DNA of 64,000 nt from the human T2T-CHM13v2.0 reference genome, Homo sapiens (GCF_009914755.1 NC_060940.1), one strand, 5' to 3'; shown: positions 42,149 through 54,803, numbered from the stretch's first letter. The notes: generated from the sequence alone by a model not told the origin. Made by a program: numbers and translations.

Positions 42149-42591
42149 TGGTTTTAATCACAGTTCTCCAGTAAAAACACAAGCAATAGGATATATGGAA
42201 GAGGAGATTGATTACAGGAATTGGCTCACGCAATCACGGAGGTTGAGAAGTCCCAGAATATGCTGTCTGCCAACTGGAGAACCAGGAAACCTGATGGTAT
42301 AATTCAATCTGAATCCAGAGGTCCAGTATCCGAGGGCAGGAGAAGATGGATGTCCCAGCTCACAAAAAGAGCAAATTCACCCTTCCTCCACCTTTTTGTT
42401 CTATTTGGACCCTCAACAGATTGAATGATGCTCAATCACATTGGTGAAGACGACGTTCTTTACTCAGTCTACTGATTCAAATGCTAATCTCTTCTGGAAA
42501 TACCTCACAGCCATGCCCAGAAATAAGGTTTTACCAGATATCTGGGTATCCCTTAGCCAAGTCAAGTTGACTCAAAAAACTAATGATGACA
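42149..42591 (-). mobile_element. MLT2B-like ERVL solo LTR
   Basis: ggaattggctcacgcaatcacggaggttgagaagtccc...gattcaaatgctaatctcttctggaaa...gtcaagttgac. Confidence 0.85.
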
Positions 42592-43219
42592 CCTCCCTAC
42601 TATGCTTTAAAATAATAATGAACTTAATAATTTCTGTAACTTCAACATTCCAGTCTCTGTTGGAATCTCTTTTCAACAATCCCTCAGGAAAGGAATATAT
42701 TTGAATGGATTTCCAACATCATAACCTATGATGGTCCGAAGTTCTCTCCCCCGGATTTCTGAGAGTCCCAGAACTCATTTCTTGGTGCTTTTCTCTGTTT
42801 CTCTCATGCATGAACTTGAACAACCGCAAACTAATGTACTCTGCACTCATCCTGCACAAATGTCAGCCTCTCTTGTGGCTAACACAAGAGGCCAATGCAC
42901 TACCAGCAGCCCATGCTAGTTACTGGTATAAGTTATGGAAGGCTTGGGAGACACACAAGGAAGGTCTGTTAATCACCATTTCTGTTTGTGATAATAAGCA
43001 GACCCTCCATTACCTCATTGTGTCCCCCCCACCAACCTACCCTATCCACCCCCCTCTCATCTTGGCATAAACAGAAATTCTTTTCTTATGGGAAGGGCAG
43101 TTAATCCAACTCCTAGGTGATTCCTGCCCTCAAACCGGAGTCATCAAGTTTTTTTAAGTAAATATAATACTCATTTTTTTTAAGCCCAAAACTCCTTTCA
43201 GAGTTGCTTTGCTCTGGGA

Positions 43220-43520
43220 TTTTTTTTTTCCTCAAGACAGAGTCTTGCTCTCACTCTGTCACCCAGGCTGGGGTGCAGTGGCCCAATCTCAGCTCACTGA
43301 AACCTCTGCCACCCAGGTTCAAGTGATTCTCATGCCTCAGCCTCCCAAGTAGCTGGGATTACAGGTGTCTGTCACCACACCCAACTAATTTTTGTCTTTT
43401 TTGTAGAGACAGGGTTTCACATGTTGGCCAAGCTGGTCTCAAACTCCTGACCTCAAGTAATTGGCCTGCCTCAGCCTCCTAAAGTGCTAGGATTACAGGC
43501 ATGAGTCACCATGCTTGGCC
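43220..43520 (-). mobile_element. AluS/Jb-like
   Basis: Full antisense Alu; TSD tgctctgg. Confidence 0.93.
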
Positions 43521-45204
43521 TGCTCTGGTTTTAATGGTTTTTCCAAAAAGTGATGGGCAAAGATGTTCCTACTTGTTTGCGAAAGAGACAGTTTTCTCTC
43601 CAGAGTGATTGGTAAGAGGTCTGTGGAAGACTCCTGGCCTTCCAAGTGCTACATCAATTTGAAAGTGCCAGAAGCTATCCCCTACCCTACCCAACATTTC
43701 AAATCTACATGGGGCAAGTTAACTAACCTCTCTTGGCCTCAGTTTCCTCATTTGTCAAAAGGGGATGATGATGCCAGCCTTATGAGGATTACATTCCATT
43801 TCCTTTTCCCAGAGACCTCATTTTATTCTCTACACAAAGACAGATGGTAAGAGTGTGAGGCTGGAAATTGTCCCTGAGTGCTGTGAAAGGCCACGTGCCA
43901 AGATTAACCTGAATTTTTCTTTGCAAATGGCTTTGACTCAATGGGACAGGGTGCACCAACTCAGAGCCCAGGAACCTGGGGGGAAGACAGTTGAAAAGAC
44001 AATGATCTTCATGGTGCTAACCCTTCAAAGAAAAAGAAACCATTGCAGACAGCAAAGTGTCCTGCCCCTCATTTCCCCTGCGGCGTATGATTTGAGCAAT
44101 GATGCAAGCTGCCATCTTCTCTATCAGAACCCATTCACCCGTTGCTAAGTCTGAAAAAGATGTCTTTAACCTTCAGTTTTAAGAAGCAGCTTGGTGCTCC
44201 ATCCTCCCACGCGGAATACAAGTTTATTCTGCTTTTGAAAAGAACAGAATGGTGGCCACACTAACTGGGTTTATGGCTCCTCCAGCCCTCCCAGTAAGCC
44301 CAGAAACACTGTGAATTTTCTGCCTCCTGCTCCAGCCCCTTCCAAACCACCAGGATTTGAGTACTGCTGCTGTCCCTCAGGAAACAGTCTTTCAGCCTCA
44401 AGCATGAATTATTAATTTCACTGCTTTGGCAGGGTCATTTATCAAAATTCCCTCAAAAGTTCAATTAGGAATGGCCTGCCTCCCAAATTGGGGTTGGTGT
44501 TCTCATCTCCTGTAGCCAGCTTGTGGTCTGCAGAGTTGCCTTGACCACCCTCAGTTTGGGGAGTACCAGATGAAATCAATCACACCTCCCACTTATCGAC
44601 TTCACAATTTTCACTGCAAGAAAGCACCACCGAGGAGATGGGGCAGATAAATGTTTTCCCTTTTCCACAGCACACCTGATTTTTGCTCCTACAGAACCAA
44701 AGGATGGGACTTCACCCCTACACCCACAGTGCCCCCAACCGCCCTGCATCCCAGATCCAGCTCACCTTCGGAAATCAGGGGCGCGCGGAGACCTTACTCC
44801 CGGTTCAAGCCCATATCATGTTTTTTGGTTACTAGTGACTCTGCCTCCCTCCTCCATGCCGCCCCCTCCAAACTCATTTGCATTCAGCAGCCTGAGGAAT
44901 AGTTTTAAATGCAAATTGGATCTTGCTGCTTTCCTGCCTAAACATCAATGACTCCTTCTTGCCTGAATGAGAAGACCCAAATACCTAAACACCGGGGTCA
45001 AGCCTCTTTGGATTCTAAGCTCCACAATATCTCCATTTCTTAGAACAGCACATGGCCCGAAAGAACATCTCCAGACTGAATAAACCTGGTCTCTGTTCTC
45101 TCCTCACCTCTCTCTCTTTCTACTTCTCATTTTATTCTCAGCAACACCACCTGCTTACCATTCCTCCCACAAACCATACTGATTCTCACCCACTCCTTCT
45201 TTTT

Positions 45205-45685
45205 CATATTTTTTTCCAAATTTTTATTGTGTTAAAATACACATAATATAAAATGCACCTTCCTAGCCATTTGCAAGGATGCAGTTCAGTGGTATTAAAT
45301 ACATTCACGTTGTTGGGCAACCAATTTCCAGAACTCTGAACTCTTTTCATCTTGTAACACTGAAACTCTATATCTCCTAAGCAGTAACTTCCCTTTCCCC
45401 ACTCCCTCCAGCTCCTGGCAACCTTCATTCTACTCTCTGCCTCTATGAATGTGACTATTCCAAGTATCCCCGTGTAGGTGGACTCATACAGTGTGTGTCA
45501 CTTATTTCCCTTAGCATAATGACCTCGAGGTTCATCCATGTTGTAACATGTCAGAATTTCCTTCCTTTTTAAAGCTGAATTTCATTCCATCGATGGGATA
45601 AACAATATATTGCTAATCCATTCATCTGTCAGTGGACACTTATATTGATTCCACATTTTAGCTATCATGAATGATGCTGCTATGA
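45205..45685 (-). mobile_element. L1MB 3' end inserted in an L2 (~44850-46690)
   Basis: tttattgtgttaaaatacacataa...cagttcagtggtattaaatacattcac...cagaatttccttcctttttaaagctgaa. Confidence 0.85.
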
Positions 45686-45867
45686 CAACCCTCTTTAAAA
45701 AAAAAAATCGAAACTTCCTGCTTGAAGTGTCTCCTCTTCAGATAGCACCTGCTTATCATTTCATTCCTGGCCATCACCTCTTTCAGAAGGTTCCTCCTGC
45801 AGTCCACCCACCATATTGAACTAGGGACCTCTCATTCCACAACACTCTGAGCACAGCCTGATGATAC

Positions 45868-46593
45868 TGACATGGACAGGACGCAGGGAAATACTAAGTA
45901 GAAAAAGATGGTTCCTTGGCAAAAGCCCCACTCTCAAGCCTGGAAACCACAGCCCTAAATAATAACAGTTATACCTGTTTTCCTACCCAAATGTTGCCTT
46001 TTATGGCCCACCCCACCCGCCTATCCTGTGTCCATATAAACCCCAGACCTCAGCTAGCAAGTGGCTAAACGTCAAGAGAAGAAGGAGCAACTGAGCGTTG
46101 GAGACTACAGATAGATACGGCTTAACTACAGACAGCGTGACTTCAGAGAGGAGAAGGCCAGGCTTCAGGGAAAGATCACCTTCCTCCCACACCATTCCCT
46201 TTTCAGCTCCCTTTCTGCTGAGAGCCACTTCCACTGCTTAATAAAATCCTTTGCATTCATCACCTTTCAAACATTTGTGTGACCTGATTCTTCCTGGATG
46301 CCAAACAAGAGGAAGGCAAGGTGTAAAAGGCTGTCACCCTGACTTTCCACTGAGCTGGTTAACACTTAGCTGTGCAGGGACAGCAACTGCTAAAACAGCA
46401 TTAATTGTAACACACCCCTAGATGCTGCCGTGGGGCTGGAGCCCAGAAGCACTCACCCTGGCCCTGGCACCTGCTCAGTTGCATGCCTTCGTTTCTGCAA
46501 GAAGTTTGAGCATGGCAGTGGTGGCAGCTGAGTAAGTGAGCCCCATCCCTGTCACAAGTGCCATGAAGGGGACAAGGGAACACTCCTCTCTCA
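45868..46593 (+). mobile_element. MER50-like ERV1 solo LTR
   Basis: tgacatggacaggacgcagggaaatact...ccccactctcaagcctggaaacc; TATAAA at ~46035, AATAAA at ~46240; TSD atac/atat. Confidence 0.82.
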
Positions 46594-47011
46594 ATATCAG
46601 GGCCACAGCAGAGAGCAAGGACCACTGTGCCTCATGCAGTTCTGTTTCCCAGCACTTTGTACAGTGCTGATGTGCAGAGTTTCCACCAAAGCCTTCAAGT
46701 CCACCCGTGCCTCTGCAGTACTTCTCTCAAGGACTTTGGGACTAATGTTCCTTAGGTGCTACTTCAGTTTTCCACCTTCTTTTCAAATACAAACGACACC
46801 ATTTTCTTTGTTTCATAGAACTATGTTCTTATGGATGGTGTGCTTTAATTTTCTTCTTTGTAAAATAAGTTGGCATGACAAGGAGCTGTTTGAATTGTAG
46901 GGAGGGAGGCAAGATTTCCAAACTCATGGAATGAAATGAGATGGGGGGTCGTGAAAACAGAGTGCACAGGATGGTGAAATGGCTCTATAGAGTGCTCTAG
47001 CTGACTGCGTG

Positions 47012-47297
47012 TTTTTATTTATTTATTTATCTAATTTTAAGTTCAGAGGTGCATGCACAGGTTTGTTATATAGGTAAACTTGTGTCATGGTGGTGTGTTG
47101 AACAGATTATTTCATCACCCAGGCACTAAGCCTAATACCCATGAGTTATTTTTTCTGATCCTCTCCTTCTTCCCACCCTCCACCCTCCAATAGGCCCCAG
47201 TGTGTGTTGTTCCCCTCAATGTGTGTTCATGTGTTCTCATCATTTAGCTCCCACTTAAAAGTGAGTACGTTATCCTTAGCAAGCTAAAGCAGGAACA
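47012..47297 (-). mobile_element. L1PA15/16-like short 3' fragment with ~28-bp inverted 5' piece
   Basis: aggtttgttatataggtaaacttgtgtcatg...agctcccactt; 47270-47297 is sense-strand L1 (ttatccttagcaagctaaagcaggaaca). Confidence 0.8.
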
Positions 47298-47469
47298 ATC
47301 CTCCACTTTTATAGAGACGGCCAAGGAGAAGAAAGTCTCCTCTCAAATTACTTGTATTTATTTTCTCCTCCAAAAGGCAGCCTGAGTCCTGCTATGTCAT
47401 AGTTTTCTTTCTCAGAAGAAACACGGACCGTGTTCCCTAGGAAGGAAAAACTCTTAAAAATGCACCCTC

Positions 47470-47770
47470 AGCCGGGCACAGTGGCTTACTCCTGTAGTCC
47501 CAACACTTTGGGAGGCCAAGGCAGGAGGATCACGAGGTCAAGAGTTTGATACCAGCCTGAACAACATGGTGAAACCCCATATCCTAAAAATACAAAAATT
47601 AGCTGGGCATGGTGGCACGCACCTGTAATCTCAGCTACTCAGGAGGCTGAGGCAGAAGAATAGCTTGAACCTGGGAGGCAGAGATTGCACGAGCTGAGAT
47701 TGTGCCATTTTACTCCAGCCTGGGTGGCAGAGTGAGACTCCATCTCAAAAAAATAAAATAAATAAAATAA
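47470..47770 (+). mobile_element. AluSg/Sc-like
   Basis: gatcacgaggtcaagag; TSD aaatgcac(c/a)ctc. Confidence 0.93.
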
Positions 47771-49399
47771 ATGCACACTCTGCCTCTCCACTGACCACAA
47801 ATGGTGTCAGACTTCTTCCAATCTTCTTCAACCCCAGCATGAGTGTTCATCCCTTCACTTAACTCTACCCCAGGAGTTTGGGGGCCTTTGGTTCTCTTTC
47901 TCAGACTGGTGTTAATTAGCCATTTAGGAAATCTAGATGTTGGCTCCAAAATTTCTGTACCCCTTTCTCCAGGAGGCCCTGTGAGAGTCCTACATAAACA
48001 GGGCTCTGAATGACTTGTCCAGATAATCTCACCATGCAGATTAAGCCCCACAGTGATTCTCATAATGATAGTAATACTCCACACTTCCATGTTATTGCAC
48101 TCTTAGTTCATTCATCCTTTCAACAGCTGTTTATTACTTATGGAGTGCTTACCCCAAGCAAGGCACTGACATTGATGATAGGGAAGCAGCAACTTTACAA
48201 AAAGCAAAAGTGTTGATGCATGGACTCCCCTGCTGTTATGAGCTGGTTTAAAGTCCTTGGTCTAGAAGCATCTCTTAACTAGTATCATCTTGACCCTTTG
48301 AACTTATTGACCAATTCAGATTCTTTAACCTGACCCTATGTGGGGCTCTGTAGACAAGTTTCCAGTGCTTGAATCCTAGGTCAATCTACTCTGGGGAATT
48401 AATTTCCCCACTTCATACAGGCTAGCCTTTGAAATATGACTTTACCATTGACCTTGATAAACAGTGAGAAGAGACCAAATCTTCAAGAAATCAGTATATG
48501 AATTCGCTGTAATTAAATAGCAATTTGTACATGAAATTCTTAAATCCTTGTGTTATCTGCTTGAGGGCAGACACCAGGTCTCTCTTATGCACCGTCATAG
48601 CCTAGCACTGCACAAAGTAAGTCTTCAGTAAATATTTACTGAATGACCAAGCAAAGGAATGAATCAGTGTGTTCTGGGGCCCCCGCCATCTTAGCTTGAC
48701 TCTGATGTATCTCTTCTCCGATAGAGTTTATTCCATTTTGACCCTGACAGCAAAGATCCCCACAAGTTTATTCATTGCAGTTCAAGTCACAGGGCTGGTG
48801 CAAGCAGCAATGACCTGTTTGTTGGCAATGCCACTGCACACTGATGGACTTCCATAGTAATTCAACATTATTATGTGTCAAATATGATTTATGGTTTAAT
48901 ACAATGCCAGTTTTATAACTGCATTATTGCTATATATTTACATCTGGAAAAAAAATAAATCACAGTGAAATTTTCCACTTTGAAGGACTTCATCTGAGTC
49001 CTAAGTGGTGAGACAACCCAGGTTGTATTTTCTCAAGCTGAAATTCTGGGGCAGCTCCAGGCTTGAAAATCGAGCAAAATCAGTTAATTGTTTTCGATTG
49101 CATACAGTTTTGCAATCTATTTGTTATCCTTTTATCTTAAATTTCCTCAGTGTGCAATGGGCATTAATCCTCTACCTTGAGGAATTCAGGAGTCCTTGGA
49201 AAGCCAGCAGTACTTCAGAGAAAGCCATTGTCTCCTCAGTCATCACCCTTAGTACTAGAAAACATTCAAGAAATGCCGAAAACATTATATAAAGGCCTCA
49301 TTCATACCACTCAGGCTCTTCTGTTAGCTGGGCTTTGTTGTTGCTGCTGCTGCTGTTGTTATTGTTGTTGATTTGCTTATTTTTCAGCCAAAAATTTAC

Positions 49400-49640
49400 C
49401 AGGGATACCTTTTCATCACAATAGAGGTATATTTATTTTAATGTAGGTATTTGATTTATGTGCATTCTGTAATGTATACATATTCCTGTCCCTTATTATG
49501 GACACTCTACATTGTTTGTAATTTCTCATTATAAACAACACTGCAAAGAACATCTTTGGACAACTGTTTGCACACTTGTGCATTTTTATTTCATTCAGGA
49601 AAACCCCTAAATACATTTCAGAGTCAAGGGGTGAAACTTT
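49400..49640 (-). mobile_element. L1ME fragment
   Basis: attataaacaacactgcaaagaacatcttt...atttcattcaggaaaacccctaa. Confidence 0.6.
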
Positions 49641-50113
49641 TTTTTAAAATAACATTTTTTAAAGGGCATAGTATGCATCAGTATTGATTGACACAAAAAC
49701 TTCTATTAAATTCTGATGCCCACTTAGATGTCACCTCCTCTACACAGCCCCCCTTGATTTCTCCACTGCTATGCCATTGGCAGAATTAACTACTACTACT
49801 ATTTAGCTATCTTAATATGTTATAAGTCTTTATGTAGAAGGCTTGTTCTCCAGAATAAATTAGTCACTTGCACATCTATCCACACTATTGGGCTATGAAC
49901 TCTTACAGGGAAGATGTGTTGCACCTTGTTTATCTATGTAATCCAAATGTCTGATACATAATAGGTGTCATATGCAATCAAAATGCTGTTAGGGAATTAT
50001 TGGAAGAGCTACCAAATTCTAAGTTTCCAATGCACAGTCTTTTAGGTGATAGAAAAGCTCCCTATGAGAAGCCACTAAAAGGTTTTAAGCAGGTTGTTCT
50101 CTGAGATAATTCC

Positions 50114-50141
50114 TGTGTGTGTGTGTGTGTGTGTGTATGTG
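50114..50141. repeat. (TG)n microsatellite
   Basis: Seen directly. Confidence 0.9.
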
Positions 50142-50429
50142 TTTCATAATTGATTGAATTATTTCCTCCCTTCCTTTCCTTTCTTTTCTCCCCCTCTGCC
50201 TTTAAGAACTAGTTGTCTGACCTCTTGAAATGAGGTAACAATTCTCAAAAGAGGGGAGAACCAGAAGGTAGTTCCCAAGGTAGCCCCATGCTACAGAGGA
50301 TCCCTCAGCAGGGACTGGATTCCACAGAGTGGCCAGCATAGAGGTGGAAGTGGAGGGGGCTCCTGAGACTCCTCAAATGTCCTGGGTCCCAGCAGTGAAA
50401 GCTCACCTTGGCCTCTGGGACGGGTAACA

Positions 50430-50680
50430 GCCGTTTGACTTTGACACCCTTTCTCTCTCTTACTTCCCTCTTTCCATATCTAATCCATCACCAAGTGCTC
50501 CCAATGTAATCTTAAAATGGCTCAAATCCATCCACTTCTCTTCAACTCCACTGCTACTTCCCCCATCCAAGCTGCCATCATCTTTCACCTGAATGTCTTT
50601 CATAGGCTCTTAATTGGTCTTCCTGCTTGCCCACTTGCCCCTCCAGTTAGTTCCGCATCATGGCATCAGAATAAATTGAC
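50430..50680 (+). mobile_element. L2 fragment
   Basis: atctaatccatcaccaagt...ccaagctgccatcatctttcacctgaa...taattggtcttcctgct. Confidence 0.75.
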
Positions 50681-50782
50681 AGAAGAGAAGAAGAAGTGGG
50701 AGTGGAGTGGAGGGGAGGGAAGAGCAGAGGAGAGGAGAAGAGGTGAGAAACCCTGGAGTTAGCAAAATAATTTTAAAATGTA

Positions 50783-50933
50783 TCTGCTACCTACTGGGTA
50801 CAATGTACACTATTCAGATCATGGATACACGAAAAGCCAGACTTCACCACTGTGCAGTATATCCAAGTAACACAACTCAATTTTACCCCTAAATCCATAA
50901 AAATAACTTAATTTTTAAAAAATTAAAATAAAA
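50783..50933 (+). mobile_element. Short L1PB/L1MA1 3' end
   Basis: tacctactgggtacaatgtacactatt...agacttcaccact...tacccctaaat; TSD taaaatgta. Confidence 0.8.
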
Positions 50934-50972
50934 TAAAATGTAGCTTCTCACCTGCATTTTTTGTTCCTTCTT

Positions 50973-51125
50973 CATGAACCCTATTTAACTTAACCCTTAA
51001 GTTAACTTAACCCTATTAACCTTTAAGTTAACTTAACCCTATTAAGGGTTAAGTTAAATAGGGTATATGGTTTATTGACTATTAAATAGTTAACCCTATT
51101 TAACTCCATGTACCCTATTTAGCCA
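50973..51125. repeat. Complex palindromic/tandem AT-rich patchwork of the accctatt/ttaac motif
   Basis: 23-bp perfect inverted repeat 50978-51000 / 51042-51064; 26-bp tandem; 14-bp palindrome ttaagttaacttaa twice. Confidence 0.9.
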
Positions 51126-52559
51126 TGTTATCCACAAAGAAACACACCACTACGTTGGGAAGTTCAGTTTCATGCTTACCTTTCAATAAATAACTAGTAT
51201 AACCTACCATAACAATTTTAAGTATTTTTACTGACTAAAAACATCCAACCGTAGAATTTTTTATCTTGCTTTTCAGAATTGATGTGTTCCCAGAAAATAT
51301 CTTTGGGTAAATCCATTCTCTCATCAACTTCCACTAAGAAATTGAAGAGGAATTCCCAAATGGAGATGGAGAAACCTTCAAAAGACAAAGTTGAAAACTT
51401 TCATAAAGGAGGGGTTTCTAATAATGGGCAACTTTGTGGCACGGAGCTCCTTCCTTTACTCCAGGATGGTTCTGAGCTGGGTATGGGCACTTCTCTTTCC
51501 TCTGTGGCCTCGTAGAGGGGAGTCCGGAAACCATGGCTGGCTCAGCAATTCCACTTCCTATGCTACAGATTAAAGACATAAAAAGAACTAGGATTCATAA
51601 GTTATGGAAATGTAAGGTCTCAATTCCACAAAGAACAAGTCTAGAGAAGGCAGAAGCTAGAAATAGATGTTGACATTACAGATCAAGTTTTTGGAGAAAA
51701 TAAAATCATGATGGGATCAAACAGGGTCTGGTTCTCAAATACAACTTGGCTTCGCTTATCAGCCAATTTATTTTTAACTTTTTTACTCTTTTTCAAAAAA
51801 TATTTTTAGTTTCCATAGCTTTAGGGATACAAGTAGTTTTTGTTTACATAAATGAATTGTACAGTGGTGAAGTCTAAGATTTTAGTGCACCTGTCACCTG
51901 AGTCATGTACATCGTACCAAATAGGTAGATTTTGATCCCTCACCCCCTTCCCACCCTTCCCCCTTCTGAGTCTCCAATGTCCATTATACCACTCTGTGTG
52001 CCTGTGGCTACCCATAGCTTAGCTACTATTTATGAGTGAGAACATGCAGTATCTGGTTTTTCATTCCTGAGTTACTTCACTTAAAATAATGGCTTTCTGT
52101 TCCATCCAAGTTGCTACAAAAGACATTATCTTGTTCTTTATTTTAATGGCTGAGTAGTATTCCATTATATATATTTAACATTTTCTTTATCCACTAATTG
52201 GTTAATAGGCACTTAAGTTGATTCCGTATCTTTGCAACTGTGGATTACGCTGCAGTAAACATATGCGTCCAGGTGTCTTTTTTATATAGTGACTTCTTTT
52301 TGGGGGGAGGTAGATACCCAGTAGTGGGATTGCTGGATCAAATGGTAAATCTACTTTTAGTTCTTTGGGAAATCTCCGTACTGTTTTCCACAGAGCTTGT
52401 ACTAATTTACATTGCTACCAGCTGTGTATAATTGTTTCCTTTTCACAACATGCGTGTCAATATCGATTGTTTTTTGACTTTTTAATAATGGCCATTCTGG
52501 CTGGGGTAAGGTGGTATCTTATTGTGGTTTTAATTTGCATTTCCCTGATGATTAGTGAC

Positions 52560-52943
52560 TGATATGGTTTGGCTCTGTGCCCTCACTCAAATCTCGTGTC
52601 GAATTGTAATTCCCAGTATTGGAGGATGGTCCTGGTGGGAGGGGATTGGATCATGGGGATGGGTTTCCTCCTTGCTGTTCTCATGACAGTGAGTGACTTC
52701 TCAGCAGATGTGGTTGTTTGAAAGTGGGAAGCATTTCCCCTTTGCTCTCTCTCTCTCCAGCTCCACCATGTGAAGATGTGCTGGCTTCCCCTTCACCTTC
52801 TGCCATGATTGTAAGTTTCCTGAGGCCTCCCAGCCATGCCTCCTATACAGCCTGCAAAACTGTAAGTCAATTAAACCTCTTTTCATTATAAGTTACCCAG
52901 TCTTAGTGAATTCCTTATAGCAGTGTGAGAATGGACTAATACA
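52560..52943 (+). mobile_element. MSTA-like LTR nested in L1PB
   Basis: tgatatggtttggctctgtg...ggactaataca; TSD gt(g/a)ac. Confidence 0.9.
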
Positions 52944-53224
52944 GTAACAGACATTGTTTTTCATATATTTGTTGGCCATTTGTGTATCTTCTTTGGAGAA
53001 AGGTCTGTTCATGTCCTTTGCCCACTTTTTAATGAGATTATTTGTTTTTTCTTACTGATTTGATTTCTTTGAGTTCCTTGTAGATTCTGGATATTAGTCG
53101 TTTGTCAGCTGCATAGTTTGCAAATATTTTCTCCCATTCTGTAGGTTGTCTGTTTACTCTGATGGTTATTTCCTTTGCTAAGCATAAGCGTTTTAGTTTA
53201 ATTATATCCCATGTATTTGTTTTG

Positions 53225-54003
53225 TTTTATTTATTTTATTTTATATCAAAAATGAAAGTGAAGTTCTCTGTACTGGTTTTGACCATTTTTTAAAATTATT
53301 ACTATTTCAATAGTTTTTGGGGAATAGCTAGTGTTTGGTTACATGGATGAATTATTTAGTAGTGATTTCTGAGATTTGGGTGCCCCCATCACCTGAACAG
53401 TGTACACTGTACTAAATGTGTAGTCTCTTATCCCTCACCTCTTCCCACTATTCACCCAGAGTCCCCCAAGTCCATTCTTATGCCTTTGCATCATCATAGC
53501 TTAGCTCCCACTTACAAGTGAGAACATACAATGTTTGGTTTTCCATTTCTGAGTTACTTCACTTAGAATAATGGACTCCAATTCCATCCAGGTTGCTGCA
53601 AATGCCATTATTTTGTTCTGTTTTATGGCTGAGTAGTATTCCATGGTATATATGTACCACATTTTCTTTATCCACTCGTTGATTGATGGGCACTTGGGCT
53701 GTTTCCACATATTTGCAATTGCAAATTGTTCTGCTGTAATCATGCATATGCAAGTGTCTTTTTTCATATAATGACTTCTTTTCCTCTACATTGATGCCCA
53801 GTAGTGGGATTGCTGGATCAAATGGTGAATCAACTTTTAGTTCTTCAAGGAATCACCATACTGCTTTCCATAGTGATTGTACCACTTTACATTCCCACAA
53901 GCAGTGCAACCATGTTCCCTTTTCACCACATCTGTGCCAATATTTATTATTTTTTTATTTTTAAATTATGACCATTCTTGTAGAGGTAAGGTGATATCAC
54001 ATT
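53225..54003 (-). mobile_element. L1PB1-like 3' fragment with short 3' transduction, nested in the older L1PB
   Basis: ttcaatagtttttggggaa...agtgatttctgagattt; host L1 sequence resumes at ~54004 where it stopped at ~53222. Confidence 0.8.
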
Positions 54004-54803
54004 ATTTATTTTTATTTTTTGTTGCATTTGCTCTTGAGGTCTTAGTCATAAATTATTTGTGTAGGCCAATACCCAGAAGAGTTTTTCCTAGGTTTTCTCA
54101 AAGAATTTTTACAGTTTCTCACATCTTAGATTTAGGTCTTTAATCCACCTTAAGTTTTATATGTGGTTGGTGATAGGAATCCAATTTCATTCTTCTACAC
54201 ATGATTATCTAGTTTTCCCAGCACCACTTATTGAATACAGTGTCTTTTCCCTAATTTATGTTTTTGTATGCTTTGTCAAATATCAATTTGTTGTAAGTAT
54301 TTGGCTTTATTTCCAGATTCCCTATTCTGTTCCATTGGTCTATGTAACTACTTTCATACCAGTACCATGCCGTTTTAGTTACTATAGCCTTGTAGTATAA
54401 TCTGAAGTCAGGTAATGTAAACCCTTCAGATTTATTCTTTTTGCTTATAATTGCTCTGGCTATTCGGGCTTTTGGTTCCATATGAATTGTTTTTTTCTAA
54501 TTCTGTGGAAAAATATCGTTGGTATTTTGATAGGAATTGGACTGAATCTGTAGATTGCTTTAGGCAATATGGTCATTTTCATATTGATTCTTCCAGTCCA
54601 TGAGCATGCGATGTATTTCCATTTGTTTGTGCCATCTATGATTTCTTTTAGCAGTGTTCTGTAGTTGTTTTTACAGAGATCTTTACTTCCTTAGTTAAGC
54701 ATATTCCTAGGTATTTTATTATTTTTGGAGCTATTGTAAAAGGAATCAGGTTATTGATTTGATTCTCAATTTGGTCATTGTTGGTGGATAGCAGTGTTAC
54801 AGA

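Noticed and set aside
44740-44880. CpG island or promoter (ggggcgcgcgg, gccgccccc)
   Set aside because: Too short with too few CpGs; the CTCF-like motif is incomplete
50990-51064. Interstitial telomeric repeat
   Set aside because: TAACCC/GGGTTA units are isolated and embedded in flank-derived copies; no tandem TTAGGG
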